Shown here in pieces: positions 12,861 to 24,784 of a stretch of 64,000 nucleotides of DNA. Origin of the DNA: Squalus acanthias (taxonomy: Eukaryota); contig CM059445.1 of NCBI GenBank assembly GCA_030390025.1, positions 40,176,001 to 40,240,000 of the forward strand. Direction: 5' to 3'. Numbering within the stretch: position 1 is the stretch's first letter; the number at the start of each line of letters is the position of its first letter. The position numbers and the translations under genes are program-made. Below the pieces are notes generated by a model. The model saw only the letters and a list, made by a program, of their open reading frames with translations. It was not told the DNA's origin and searched no databases.

Positions 12861-13660
12861 TGCCAATATATCCTTCCTGAGGTGCGGTGCCCAAAACTGA
12901 ATGCCGTACTCCAGATGGGGTCTGATCATGGCTTTGCACAACTGAAACATCACTTCCTCACTTTTGAATTCCAACCCCTTGAGATAAACGCTGACATTCC
13001 ATTTGCCTTTTCGTACCTGTGCACTAGCTTTTAGTGATTTTTGAACATGGACACGTAAATCCCTTTGCTCCTCCACAGCTCATAGGGGGAGAAATTCGGT
13101 ATCGCCCCGTTTGGGGCGCAATTATCGGCCGGGCGCAAATTTCTTGATTCGAATTCCATCTGCCATAACTTTGCCCATTCACTTAGTCTGCCTGTGTCAA
13201 ATTGTAATTTCCTGCTCCCATCTACACAACTTACTGTGCCTGCTAACTTAGTTTGATCTGCAAACTTGGATATAGAACTCTCTCTTCCTTCATTCAAGTC
13301 ATTAATATATATAATGTAAAGCTGAGGTCCCAGTACAGATCCCTGGGGAACACCACTTGTCACATCCCACCGATCAGAGAACTTTCCCTTTATTCCTGCG
13401 TTGTCTCCTACAACCCAACCAGTTATCAACCCATGTCACAAGGTTACCTCCAAGTCTGGTGCTTTTATTTTTGCCAATAATCTCTTGTGCAGAACCTTAT
13501 CAAATGACTTGTGGAAGTGCATATAGACAACATCCATAGACATTCCCCGAACCACCACACTAGTGGCCTCCTCAAAAAATTCAACTAGATTGATCAGACG
13601 TGGGCTACTCTTCACAACTCCATACTGACTCTCTTTGATCAGCTCATAATTGTCCAAGTG
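12860..13660 (-). mobile_element. Older degenerate CR1 RT fragment with a short MITE end inserted at ~13083-13150
   Basis: SGVPQGSVLGPQLYIIYINDL, FADQTKL, IRPHLEYGIQFWAPHLRKD. Confidence 0.85.
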
Positions 13661-13694
13661 AGGGAAGTTTATTCTTTCTTGTCGATATTCAAAA

Positions 13695-13886
13695 GCTAAT
13701 GTATGGAATATAAAATGGGCGAATGTATGGAATATAAAATGGGCTAATGTATGGAATATACAATGGGCTAATGTATGGAATGTAAAATGGGCGAATGTAT
13801 GGAATATACAATGGGCTAATGTATGGAATATAAAATGGGCTAATGTATGGAATATAAAATGGGCTAATGTATGGAATATAAAATGG
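13695..13886. repeat. 24-bp minisatellite, ~8 copies
   Basis: Unit gctaatgtatggaatataaaatgg, with few substitutions. Confidence 0.95.
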
Positions 13887-14129
13887 TATTTTGCTGTTCA
13901 TGCCATACAAATGTAAATATCAATCTATCTGGTGTCTATAGTATGTAGGAAGAGGCTTTTGAACTTGTGGGATGTGAGCACACTGATTGCTCAAATGCTC
14001 CAATCAAAAGCCATGATGCATTCTTAAAAAGAAATAGGATCAACCAATCAAAAAGAGCTATCTGTAACAGAACATTTGCTATTTTAGCCATCACGGGTGA
14101 GGGGGAGGGAATGCCATGTGAATATAGTG

Positions 14130-14420
14130 CTTTTAGCACAGTGAAAAACCCCAAGGTGCTTTATAAAAGGCGGGATGGGGGAGGTGGGCGGAGAACAGGC
14201 AGCAAGAGTTAGAAAAGTTACGGGAGGTGATATGACTTGGTTGAAGAGTGGCTTTGAGGAGGCGATTGAATTTGGAGAGAGATGTTGCAAGGTGGAGAGG
14301 TTTGGGGAGAGAGTGCCAGAGTGCAGGACTGAGGTCGTTGAAGGTTAAATAAGCCAGGGTTGGAGGAGTGGAGATTGCAGACTAGACTTGGGGCAAGACG
14401 AGGTTTGAGAGAGTCACTGG
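14130..14420 (-). mobile_element. L2 LINE 3' end remnant
   Basis: Degenerate L2 tail (cccaaggtgctttata; ggttgaagagtggctttgaggagg). Confidence 0.55.
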
Positions 14421-15219
14421 TGAAAGATTATTTGCATTGGTTGGTTTAACAGTAACAATGAAACATAAATTTAACATTGTACTCAAAAATAAAAAGCTGA
14501 CCATGATATTTTTTCACACAAAGATTATTAGGATATGGAATGCATTACTGAAAGTATGTTAAAGTCGATTCAATTGTGCCATTTAAGGGGGAATCAGGTA
14601 AGCACTGGAAAAACAAAAATATGAATGGGGGCTAGAATCGGTAGATTTGTCACTAATGCTTTCTATACTGAAGTTTCTATGATTCTAGTACTCATGGTAT
14701 ACTTCAAGTGCAGTCAGAAAACTCCAAACTGCCCCTTAAATTGTCTTTGATCACATGGATACTAACTCAGTCTTTGTTCCTCAGAAAATTGAAGCCCTGT
14801 GGTCCTCAAAGGGTAAAATGTGACTAATAGAGCTTTGTTTTACATCAGGATGTCTCACATGAAACTCAGCAATTTCTTCATGTGCAAGTCAGCTGATGTT
14901 TATGTGAACCCGTATGACTAAACATTCCATGTAACCATATTAATATTTCGATTTATAGTTTATTTTCATGATGTGTTTTGTGCCAGAAGTTAGCTCCTTA
15001 AGCAGATATAAAGAGGCCAGTTCCCACTATGCTTTATCCCCTCCCCACATCCCCAGTTAATAACAGTTTGAGGTAGTCATTGCACCTCACCACTGTTTAA
15101 AGGAAACCATCAATACAACATGGATATTTTTTTCTTTCAGCTTTCAGTGTGCAAATCTCTCATTTTGTTTTAAACTTCTGACACCTCAGCACCAAGTTTG
15201 ACAGTTACAAATAAGCTTC

Positions 15220-16178
15220 GAATGAAAACTGAAAATACTGAAAATGCTCAGCAGGTCAGGCAGCACATCTGGAGTGAGAAACAAAGTTAACGTTTCAGGT
15301 TGATGACCTTTCATCAGAACTGGAAAAAGTTAGAGATATAACCGGTTTTAAGCAAGTACAGAGTCAGAGAAAGGGGAGAGGGGGATGAAAGAACAAAAGG
15401 GAAGGTCTGTAATCAGGTGGAAGGCAGGAGAGATTAAATGACAAAAGGGATGGTGCAAGACAAAAGGGGACGGTAATGGGACAAGTAAAGAAACAAAAGA
15501 TGGGTCGAGAGGAGGTGTATATGAGAATTCCAGAATAATTGCCAACAGCTGCTGTCTGGAAAAAATGGGAGCAGTGGTTATGATCTGAAATTGTTCAACT
15601 CAGTGTTGAGTCTGGAAGACTGTAAAATGCCTAATCGAAAGATGAGGTGCTGTTCCTCGAGCTTCCATTGTTCATTAGAACAGTGTAGGAGGCCAAGGAC
15701 AGAGAGGTCAGAGTTGGAGTGGGATGGACAATTAAAATGACATGTGACCGGAAGCTCAGGGTCACGCTTGTGGACTGAAAGGAGATCTGCATTTCACTCA
15801 AGCTGCATTTGGTCCCCCCCACTGTAGAGGAGACCGCATCGTGAGCAGCAAATACAGTACTCATTTGAAAGAAGTGAAAGTAAATTGCTGTTTCACCTGG
15901 AAGGAGTGTTTGGGGCCCATGACGGTGGGAAGGGAGGAGGTAAAGGGGCAGGTGTTGCATCTCCTACGCTTGCACGGGAAGGTGCCGTGGGAAGGGGAGA
16001 GGCTGTTGGGGGTGATTGAAGCGTGGACCAGGGTGTCGCAGAGGGAACGGTCCCTTTGGAATGCTGAAAGGGGAGAGGAGAGGAAGATGTGTGTGGTGGC
16101 GGCATCACGCTGGAGGTGGCGGAGGATGATGCGTTGAATGTGGAGGCTGGTGGGGTGGAAGGTGAGGACAAGGGGACC
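15220..16178 (-). mobile_element. Penelope-like retroelement fragment (GIY-YIG endonuclease end)
   Basis: Terminal motif aaatgctcagcaggtcaggcagc...gttaacgtttcaggt..gacctttcatcagaac; minus-strand frames give GPKHSFQVKQQFT...YCICCSRCGLLY, typical of the Penelope endonuclease region. Confidence 0.8.
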
Positions 16179-17560
16179 AGTTTCTAAAAGGAATGTTTTG
16201 AGGTTGTGTTGAAAATTTGCAACTGTTAACAGAATTTATTTTTTTGTTTGCAGTGTGTGCCTCACTTCACCTCGGGTCTAGTAAACTGTACAAGACCAGG
16301 GGATCAAATGAGGTGTTTGATGAAGCCTCATTGTATCTAACTAGTGAAACAAAATCTATTCTGAGAGCTGATATTTCTGCTGCTCCGAGGAAAAATTCAG
16401 TTTAGCTGGGTGGACTTGAGCAGCCTGACGAGAGGGACCTTCAAATAACTGGACCTGATGTTAGGGTTTAACCTGATAATTACCCCTGAAAGATGAATTC
16501 CAAAATGTGGGTTAATCTTCATAAAATTTTAAAATGCAGACATCAATAACACCCTACTCCCTTCTTTGCTGTAAATGAGTCGGGTCATATGACACAGGAT
16601 ATGACCCTACCCCCTCCAAAAAAAACCTGGAATTGTGCTGTTGATTGAGTTCATCGTGCATTGCCAAAGTGAGCTCTTCTTTTCAAAAAAAAAAGCTTGC
16701 TATGATTTCCCGATTTGACCCAAAGAGATTATTTTTGGCATATTTGCTTGCAGCTAACCATCAGATATTTTGTAAAACCCAGATTGAGGAAAGAAAGAAT
16801 TCCCAAAAATCAGAAGGCCTGATTGCAGGTGAACACCTATCGGCATCATTCTTAATCAAAACCGGCCCAAGCTGCAACAAGATAAACCCCAGGCAAAAAC
16901 TGCTGTGTCAATGGCTTTTAGTTTGTAATGAAGTGGTTTAACTGGCTTTCGTTTGTCGATTTGAAACAATTGAACTGAGGAAGCTTAGGGAAACTAAAAC
17001 TGCTTTTCCTTCCCCTTTTTTTTGGCTTAAATTAGTGTATTTATAGTTTTAGTTTCAGAAAGGGTTTGGTAGGGATCTATTTTTTTTCAAACTTTCATTA
17101 TGAAATCAAACTTGTAAAGCATTATTTATATTTAACATATTTTCCTTTTACTGCTGAAAATTGATGTGGGTGGAAATGGGCACTGACTCCCGGAGCAGAT
17201 CAGTGCTGGGGGACTAGCTGGGAGGAATTACTGGGGCTCGATTATCGGAAGTAGCTCAAGTAATGCACACTGTTCCAAGTGCTGTGATCACCGAAATTGC
17301 ATTTCTGATACTAAAGTAGTTCCTCACTAAGGCATGGGTCAGTAATTCTCCCACGAGTTTCTGCTGCTTTATCTTCGATGCTTGTTGGTGCTTTGGGCAA
17401 GAACATTGCAAATTCCGACATACACTGGGCGTTTTCCACTCCTTCTACCAGTCACCCAGCCGTTGGAGAAACTCATTCCTGTTAATGCATGGTGTCTGCA
17501 TTTCAGTTTACTGGGGGAGGAAGAGAAGCGGTCTCTGTACTCTCTGTAGATATACATGTC

Positions 17561-18227
17561 GGCCTGGAGTTTCTGCTAGGTTGCACTTCATTTTTTTCAG
17601 CGCAATTCACCCGAAATAGGCCAAACCAGCACAAAAGATCAGAATGTCAAGCGCAAATCGAGTTTCCGCGATCTTTGTGCTAGTTTATAAAACATTGCAC
17701 TAGATGCCAGTCCCACCCACCAAACTGATCAGGCCCCCAGAATGAATTAATCACCATTGCAGGTTTCCAGTGATGGCACCTGTTTGCAGGCCTTCGAGGA
17801 GGTTCTTAAAAGTAAGCTGATTCTTTTGGGCACAAGTTCACTAATAGGCACGTTTTAAAAGCTTTTCAATATTTTTTTAATTTACTAAAACACCAATATC
17901 ACTAGCAAATGGTTCGGTATAGTTTTTTAAAGTAATTTTCAGTTATTTAAAATGGAATTACTCACAGGTTGTGGACTAGACACTCATTAAAAATGTTTAT
18001 TTTTTGTGATAACCCAATTGTCAGCTGAATTAATCAAACTGCTCCAAGTTACCACTCTTAGATATATTAAGGAATACTTTTTAAAACAATTTAAATAAAA
18101 ATTGTCTTCTGAAACGCTGGTTCAGGGCAGATTTTGTGTTCGGTGATGTGCAGAAACTTAACAACCAGCACAATTATGGGTGCACTCGCCAGATCGCTGA
18201 TTGCGCCCAAAGCGGAAACTCCACCCC
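17561..18227. mobile_element. MITE with imperfect TIRs
   Basis: ggcctggagtttc ... gaaactccacccc; GC-rich ends and AT-rich core. Confidence 0.5.
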
Positions 18228-18638
18228 TCAGAAATGTCTGGGCCTTGACTGGTTGGACTAGCCACCTGTGGAATGCTATTGGCCAGAGTTGTAAATGTGG
18301 GTTGTGAGGTTGGATTAGCGTTCAGAATTGTCTAGAATTCTCTAGAGTTGCTTAATTTGCTTTGGGTGGGGGAGGAAACTTCACAAAGTTTATTTTTTCG
18401 AGCGTTCACCGTGAGCGATATTTCTTCCAGAGAGTGAATGGGTTAAATAGCGTACATGTTGGAACAGTTTGTACATGGGCTGCGTGGAGAGGGACGTAAT
18501 GGACTTTTCTCCTTCCATACTTTTATTGTGCTTCATTTTAAGTGTTCCTTTTTAAAGCCTGAACTGCTATTTTAGCAGTTCAAATGAATTGTTCTAGGTA
18601 ATCCTGTCTCAAAAGTGTCCATCCTCTTTTTATTATAG

Positions 18639-18686
18639 ACCCAAGAAGAAGTAGGAATGGATCCAATGGAATTTGCTTAAAAGCAG
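18639..18686 (+). CDS. Gene A coding exon 3: stalk DPRRSRNGSNGICLKA
   Basis: Acceptor cctctttttattatag| and donor CAG|gtgaga; 48 nt, phase 1/1, open in frame with exon 2. Confidence 0.75.
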
Positions 18687-19723
18687 GTGAGAACATCAGC
18701 CTGACTGGGCTTGGCTCATTTTTTAACACAAACAAAAATGTGCTGTTGAGTCAGTGGATGACTATTCAATTCTAGGATGAAGTCAAAACCCTAGAAAGTA
18801 AAGGATATATAACCAGACAATAGTCTGACAGGGATGGGGGTGGGGGGTGGGATGTTCAGATTATGTAAACTGATAGGCTGAAGCTTGAGTAGATCAGAAG
18901 TCTCTCATGACTCCCAACTATTGCCCTCATGATCACACTAATTAAAGTATCTTTTCACATGTTCTGCTCTGGACCTTGTGGCTGTACCTTTCCTCTGTTT
19001 CGTCATTAGTGGATGCTGATAACTGATTTCCATATTGTTGATTTGCAATTAGATCCACATTGAAGAATCTGAAATTATAATGTGATCAGTGTTTGATTTC
19101 CACAAAGTAATGCACTGATTACTCAAGTTCAAAAATGTCTATGTAAATCAAATTGTGGCCCAATTTCACAATTACTCCAGATGTACATTTTTGCTGCATT
19201 GAAGAATCATAGAATTTTACAGTTCATAAGGATATCATTCAGACCAACACAGTTTTTGATAACTCTAGACTCTGAGAGTGAACTCCTCACTGTTGCATAG
19301 CAACAGAATGCAGAACCTTGGGTTGGAAAGTTCACCTTTGAACTGCAGTCCTGTAAATGACATCAAACCAAAATGGTTATTTGTTAAATTGTACAGTTAA
19401 TATGTTAACCTATTTTTTCACTTTTTATTGAAATTTAGCCCTTTTACGGTGATCCTTCCCCACCTGCACCATTCCCTTACTGAGACCCCTCTTTGCCTAT
19501 TGAACAGTGCCACTCTTGACCTGTGTAAGAGCAACCCAGGTTGATTCATCAACCCAATCTCTGGAAATACCCTCACTACACCTTGATCTGACATTCCAGT
19601 TTAGACTAGGGTGGGATTGTAAAGAATTGTAGCATCAATCATCAGTTCTGTTGGTAATTGCTTACATGGCTTAGATATAAAATTAACCTGAATTTTTTAT
19701 TTTCATGTTTAATTTTTTTTTAG

Positions 19724-19788
19724 GTCCGATGTTTCTCTTACTTCCACTTGCATTGATCATTTGGAGTTTTCCATTAATTTCATTGTAA
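19724..19788 (+). CDS. Gene A last coding exon: hydrophobic C-terminus GPMFLLLPLALIIWSFPLISL* (GPI-signal-like)
   Basis: Strong acceptor (poly-T)tag|, phase 1; hydrophobic run ends directly in TAA at 19786-19788. Confidence 0.75.
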
Positions 19789-20259
19789 GACAGCAAGGGT
19801 TGGCTGATATTTTCAGGCAGAGATGTGCAATTCACCAAGAAATTGTGTGCTTCAATCAATGTTCGGAGTGCAATACAAGAAATCAGAGAATGGGTATTTG
19901 CAAAGCATTCTCCAACTTCATCTAAATTAAAGTAACCTAAAAAACAATGTAAACAGTGACATTTATTTCTGTTATCTGTTAGCTGCTTTATGCGCCATGT
20001 GCTAAACATTGAAAGCCTGATACATTAGAGCATATAATGGACTTTGATGGGAATTATCCCATCCATTTAACCCATTGTAATTTTGTGTACCCCCACAATA
20101 TTGTGAATTGAGATGTGTTCTGTGCAAATCCCTAACTTAAACACCATGACTAGAGACTTTCCTCAGCTTTTTATATTCGATTCCGCTCCTGTGAAGTGGG
20201 ACATCCTGAAGATCGTGAAAGGTGCTATATAAATGCAAGTCTTTCTTTATATAAGGCGC

Positions 20260-20265
20260 AATAAA
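20260..20265 (+). promoter_or_regulatory. Candidate polyadenylation signal of gene A
   Basis: First AATAAA I found after the stop (~470 nt); alternatives at ~23339 and ~23449. Confidence 0.35.
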
Positions 20266-20924
20266 GAATAAGGTAATTTTGGATACCGAAAAGGCCTTTC
20301 AAGGTTTCTGCATTGTCTGAGGAGGAAATGAAAGTGTTTTTGGTTCTTTGGAATTCAATGTGTAATTCTTCCTTTTATTTCCCCTTGAGCCCAACTTCTG
20401 ATTTTTTTTGTAGTCAGCTCCTAAAAATGCAAAAGGTTTATTTTACAACTGCTGACCATAAAGTAGTAGAAAAGCTGAGCTGAAGTCTCGTAGCTCCTTT
20501 TTTCAGCTTTGAAATATTTGAGCCGTACAGAATCAAAAGCATGGAGAAGTCACTGTGCATCGACAACATTAGTAGTTTGGTTTGTAAGGGATGGGACCTG
20601 CATTCTGACAGTAGTTAACATCAGACTTCAGAATTGGAGTTTGTATTGACAGAAAGGTAAATTGGGCCCATTAATGAGGGCATGAATCTGATCTCACAAC
20701 CCAATAGATAAAGAGAACTGGAGAAAGTGAGTAAATTCAATAGTTATATTGGGATAGGAGAGAGGAACTAGAAAACAAGATGGATGAGATTATTAGTTCC
20801 TCGCTGATTATTTAATGGATGGTGCAGATAAAAACTAAACAAAATGGCATTGTGCATAAGTTTTCTTTACCCAGTTTCCAGTCTGATTAAATGTTACTGG
20901 GCTTCGGCATCTGAATACATAAAT

Positions 20925-21482
20925 ACCTTGAACTGTATAAAACACTAGTTAGGCCGCAGCTAGAATACTGCTTGCAGTTCTGGTCACCGCATTACAGGAA
21001 GGATGTGATTGCACTAGAGGGGATACAGAGGAGATTTACGAGGATGTTGCCTGGGCTGGGGAATTTTAGCTATGAGGAAAGATTGGATAGGCTGGGGTTA
21101 TTTTCTTTGGAACAGAGGAGGCTGAGGGGAGACCTAATTGAGGTGTATGAAGTTATCAGGAGCCTAGATAGAGTGGATAGGAAGGACCTATTTCCCTTAG
21201 TAGAAGGGTCAATAACCAGGGGGCATAGATTTAAAGTAATTGGTCGGAAGTTTAGAGGGGATTTGAAGAGAATTTCTTTCACCCAGAGGGTGGTGGGGGT
21301 CTGGAACTCACTGCCTGAAAGGGTGGTAGAGGCATTTAAAAAGTACTTGGATATGCACTTGAAGTGCTGTAACCTACAAGTGCTGGAAAGTGGGATTAGG
21401 GTGGATAGCTCTTGGTCAGCCGGTGCGGACAGGATGGGCCGAATGGCCTCCTTCTGTGCTGTAAATTTCTATGATCCTATGA
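20925..21482 (+). mobile_element. CR1 LINE 3' fragment
   Basis: ORF 20972-21496 (QFWSPHYRKD...FTQRVVGVWNSLP); tail ttctatgatcctatga. Confidence 0.93.
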
Positions 21483-21659
21483 AATTGTTTTCATAAACTG
21501 GACGTCATAATTTCTACTCTTTGCTATTGTGCATCTGCAAAGACTATACAAGTGACCAGCATAACTGTGGCAGTCACGTCTGGTGTCTGTGACACAAGTT
21601 GTGGTGATGTTAGTTAGCTACTGTAGAAGTTGCTCGGTTATTCACGTCTGCCAGCTGTC

Positions 21660-22675
21660 AGTGGTCGAATTACAGTTCGCAGACGACGCTTGCGTCTGCG
21701 CACACTCGGAGGTCGAATTCCGAACCATCGTCAACACCTTCACCGAAGCATACGAGAGCATGGGCCTTACACTAAACATCCGTAAGACAAAGGTCCTCTA
21801 CCAACCTGCCCCCGCCACACAGTACTGCCCCCCGATTATCAAAATCCACGACAAGGCCTTGGACAACGTGGACCACTTACCATACCTCAGAAGCCTACTG
21901 TCAACAAGGGCAGACATCAACGACGTAGTCCAACACCGCCTTCAGTGTGCCAGTGCAGCCTTCGGTCGTCTAAGGAAGAGAGTGTTTGAAGACCAGGACC
22001 TCAAACCCGGCACTAAGCTCATGGTCTACAGAGCAGCAGTGATAACCGCCCTGCTGTATGCCTCAGAGACATGGACCATGTACAGCAGGCACCTCAAAGC
22101 ACTGGAGAGGTACCACCAACGCTGCCTCCGCAAGATCCTGCAAATCCATTGGCAGGATAGGCGCAACAACGTCAGTGTTCTTGCTCAGGCCAACATCCCC
22201 AGCATCGAAGCTTTGACCACGCTAGATCAGCTCCGATGGATGGGTCACATTGTCCGCATGCCCGATACGAGACTCCCAAAACAAGCGCTCTATTCGAGGC
22301 TCCGGCACGGCAAGAGAGCCCCAGGTGGGCAGAGGAAACGCTTCAAGGACACCCTCAAAACCTCCTTGAAAAAGTGTAACATCCCCACCGACACCTGGGA
22401 ATCCCTGGCCCAAGACCGCACAAAGTGGAGGAGAAGCATCCGGGAAGGCGCCGAACACCTCGAATCTCTTCGCCAGGAGCAAGCGCAGGCAGCGCAAGGA
22501 GCGCAAGGAGCGCACGTCAACCCAAGCACCCCACCCACCCGCCCCTTCAACCACCGTCTGCCCCACCTGTGACAGAGACTGTAGGTCCCGCATTGGACTC
22601 ATCAGTCACCTGCGAACTCATTTTTAATGTGGAAGCAAATCATCCTCGGTTCTGAGGGACTGCCTAAGAAGAAGA
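21660..22675 (+). mobile_element. RTE-clade LINE 3' fragment
   Basis: Starts at VVELQFADDAC (RT catalytic motif); same family as 1-953; (AAG)n tail. Confidence 0.93.
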
Positions 22676-23520
22676 TCAGCAAATCAAATTATAATATTGA
22701 AGTACAGATCTGACTGCTGCTTATAATTAAAAGCTCATATGAGTGTGTCTGCTACACATTCTAGGATACAAATAGTCATTAGTGTTAATTTCTAACCATA
22801 CTGTTGAACTGTGGCATTTGAACTTCTTTTAGGAATCTGCATTTAACGTATTGTTTAATGATCACTTTTTTTGCCCAGTTGGATTGCTTTTTCACTATAT
22901 TCTATCTGATGATAAATGACTTTTAGTGACAGCCTATTTATACACACTACATTTTAACTGAAAATAAGCATGAAGAAGTAGACAGCCTCATCTAGCCAAA
23001 GATTGGGTGATGTGAGAGGAGAAGGAAGAAGAGTCCCTGTGGGTTATTCCCACCCGATCAAGCTTCAGTGCCTTATGCCAGAGGTTCTGGTGTTCTAATC
23101 TAAAGTGCTTCTTAAAACAATTCTAAAGAAATTAGTGCCTCCTACATTTTTGAATTATTTTGTATGTCTGCCCAATTTCTGTTAATTGTGGACTGTACAT
23201 TTGTAAATGGTGAATCTAAGGATGGGATTCCATTGTGTCAATGCATGTAGAATTCCCTGTGTAAAATGGTTTAATTGTTTAGCTATTAATACTGAGTTTT
23301 TGAGTCTGATCGATCTTTCACTTGAGATTTCTACATGTAATAAAATTGTTTTCTGTATCTGCTCAGATTGAGTTGCTGAATTAATGATGTTTCAAATGTG
23401 ACGATGTTTTCTAATTAATTAATTTTGTCCAGGCTATTTAATTGTTTGAATAAAGTTACAAGACAAAATAGTTGTTTAAAAGTGATTCAACTGTGTGCTA
23501 CAAAATGTGGGTTTTTTTCA

Positions 23521-24132
23521 CTGGAGGAGTGCAGAAGATGGTGTGTGTGTAGTCCTCTGGAGGAGTGCAGAAGATGGCATGTGTGTAGTCATCTGGAGGA
23601 GTGCAGAAGATGGCGTGTGCGTAGTCCTCTGGAGGAGTGCAGAAGATGGTGTGTGTGTAGTCCTCTGGAGGAGTGCAGAAGATGGTGTGTGTGTAGTCCT
23701 CTGGAGGAGTGCAGAAGATGGTGTGTGTGTAGTCCTCTGGAGGAGTGCAGAAGATGGTGTGTGTGTAGTCCTCTGGAGGAGTGCAGAAGATGGCGTGTGT
23801 GTAGTCCTCTGGAGGAGTGAAGAAGATGGTGTGTGTGTAGTCCTCTGGAAGAGTGCAGAAGATAGTGTGTGTGTAGTCCTCTGGAGGAGTGAAGAAGATG
23901 GTGTGTGTGTAGTCCTCTGGAGGAGTGAAGAAGATGGCGTGTGTGTAGTCCTCTGGAGGAGTGTAGAAGATGCTGTGTGTGTAGTCCTCTGGAGGAGTGA
24001 AGAAGATGGCGTGTGTGTAGTCCTCTGGAGGAGTGCAGAAGATGCTGTGTGTGTAGTCCTCTGGAGGAGTGCAGAAGATGCTGTGTGTGTAGTCCTCTGG
24101 AGGAGTGAAGAAGATGCTGTGTGTGTAGTCCT
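23521..24132. repeat. 36-bp minisatellite, 17 copies
   Basis: Unit ctggaggagtgcagaagatggtgtgtgtgtagtcct, head to tail with no spacers. Confidence 0.97.
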
Positions 24133-24784
24133 CCTAATGTTGGTTGCACTTGTAAAGAGCCTGACTCTCTGTTCCAGCAGAAGCCGACACCCACTTTTCT
24201 TTGCGAGCTGCTGCTGGACTTAATGGGCCTGTTTCCGGCCTGCGAAAAGTCTGCAGCTGGTTTAGTGCTTCAAAGCTGACCAATTAAAACCTTCAGTTTG
24301 AAATGGAGAACCATGGTGATGTTGCTGCACTGTGATCATGTGCCGAACATAGCTTTCTATTTTCCCCGTGGTCGTCATAAGGGCACAGTGATAATGGCAC
24401 CATGAGAGATAAAATAAACAAGGGAGGAAATTGCTGAGGTTGATATCGCTGCTCTTTAACTGTATACTCTATCTTTTGTAGCGATAGTCCTGTGGGGAAA
24501 AGGTGGGGATTGTGATCCATTACTATTCAAAGGGTGGTTTATGTTGTTTAGTACTATTCACAATTTGATTTAATCTATAGAAAAATAGATGCTGTTTAGA
24601 CTGTGAATTTGGACCATGTTCTAATGTCCTAAACCGTGTGGGCATTTCATGAATATAACTCATAACAGAACTTTAAGACTAAATTACAACCATTACTTCT
24701 CATCTGATCTTTCAGATAATCTATAATTATAAACATCTGTTTTATTACATCATTGTTTATATTCACACTATCCCGGTGGAAAAG

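Noticed and set aside
16254-16405. Strong acceptor with an open phase-1 frame as an extra gene A exon
   Set aside because: No recognisable domain, no good phase-compatible donor, and the four-exon model is complete without it.
23521-24132. CRISPR-like array, or Cys-rich ORFs 23425-23820 and 23495-24223
   Set aside because: No unique spacers and a eukaryotic context; the ORFs arise from a 36-bp unit that is a multiple of three.
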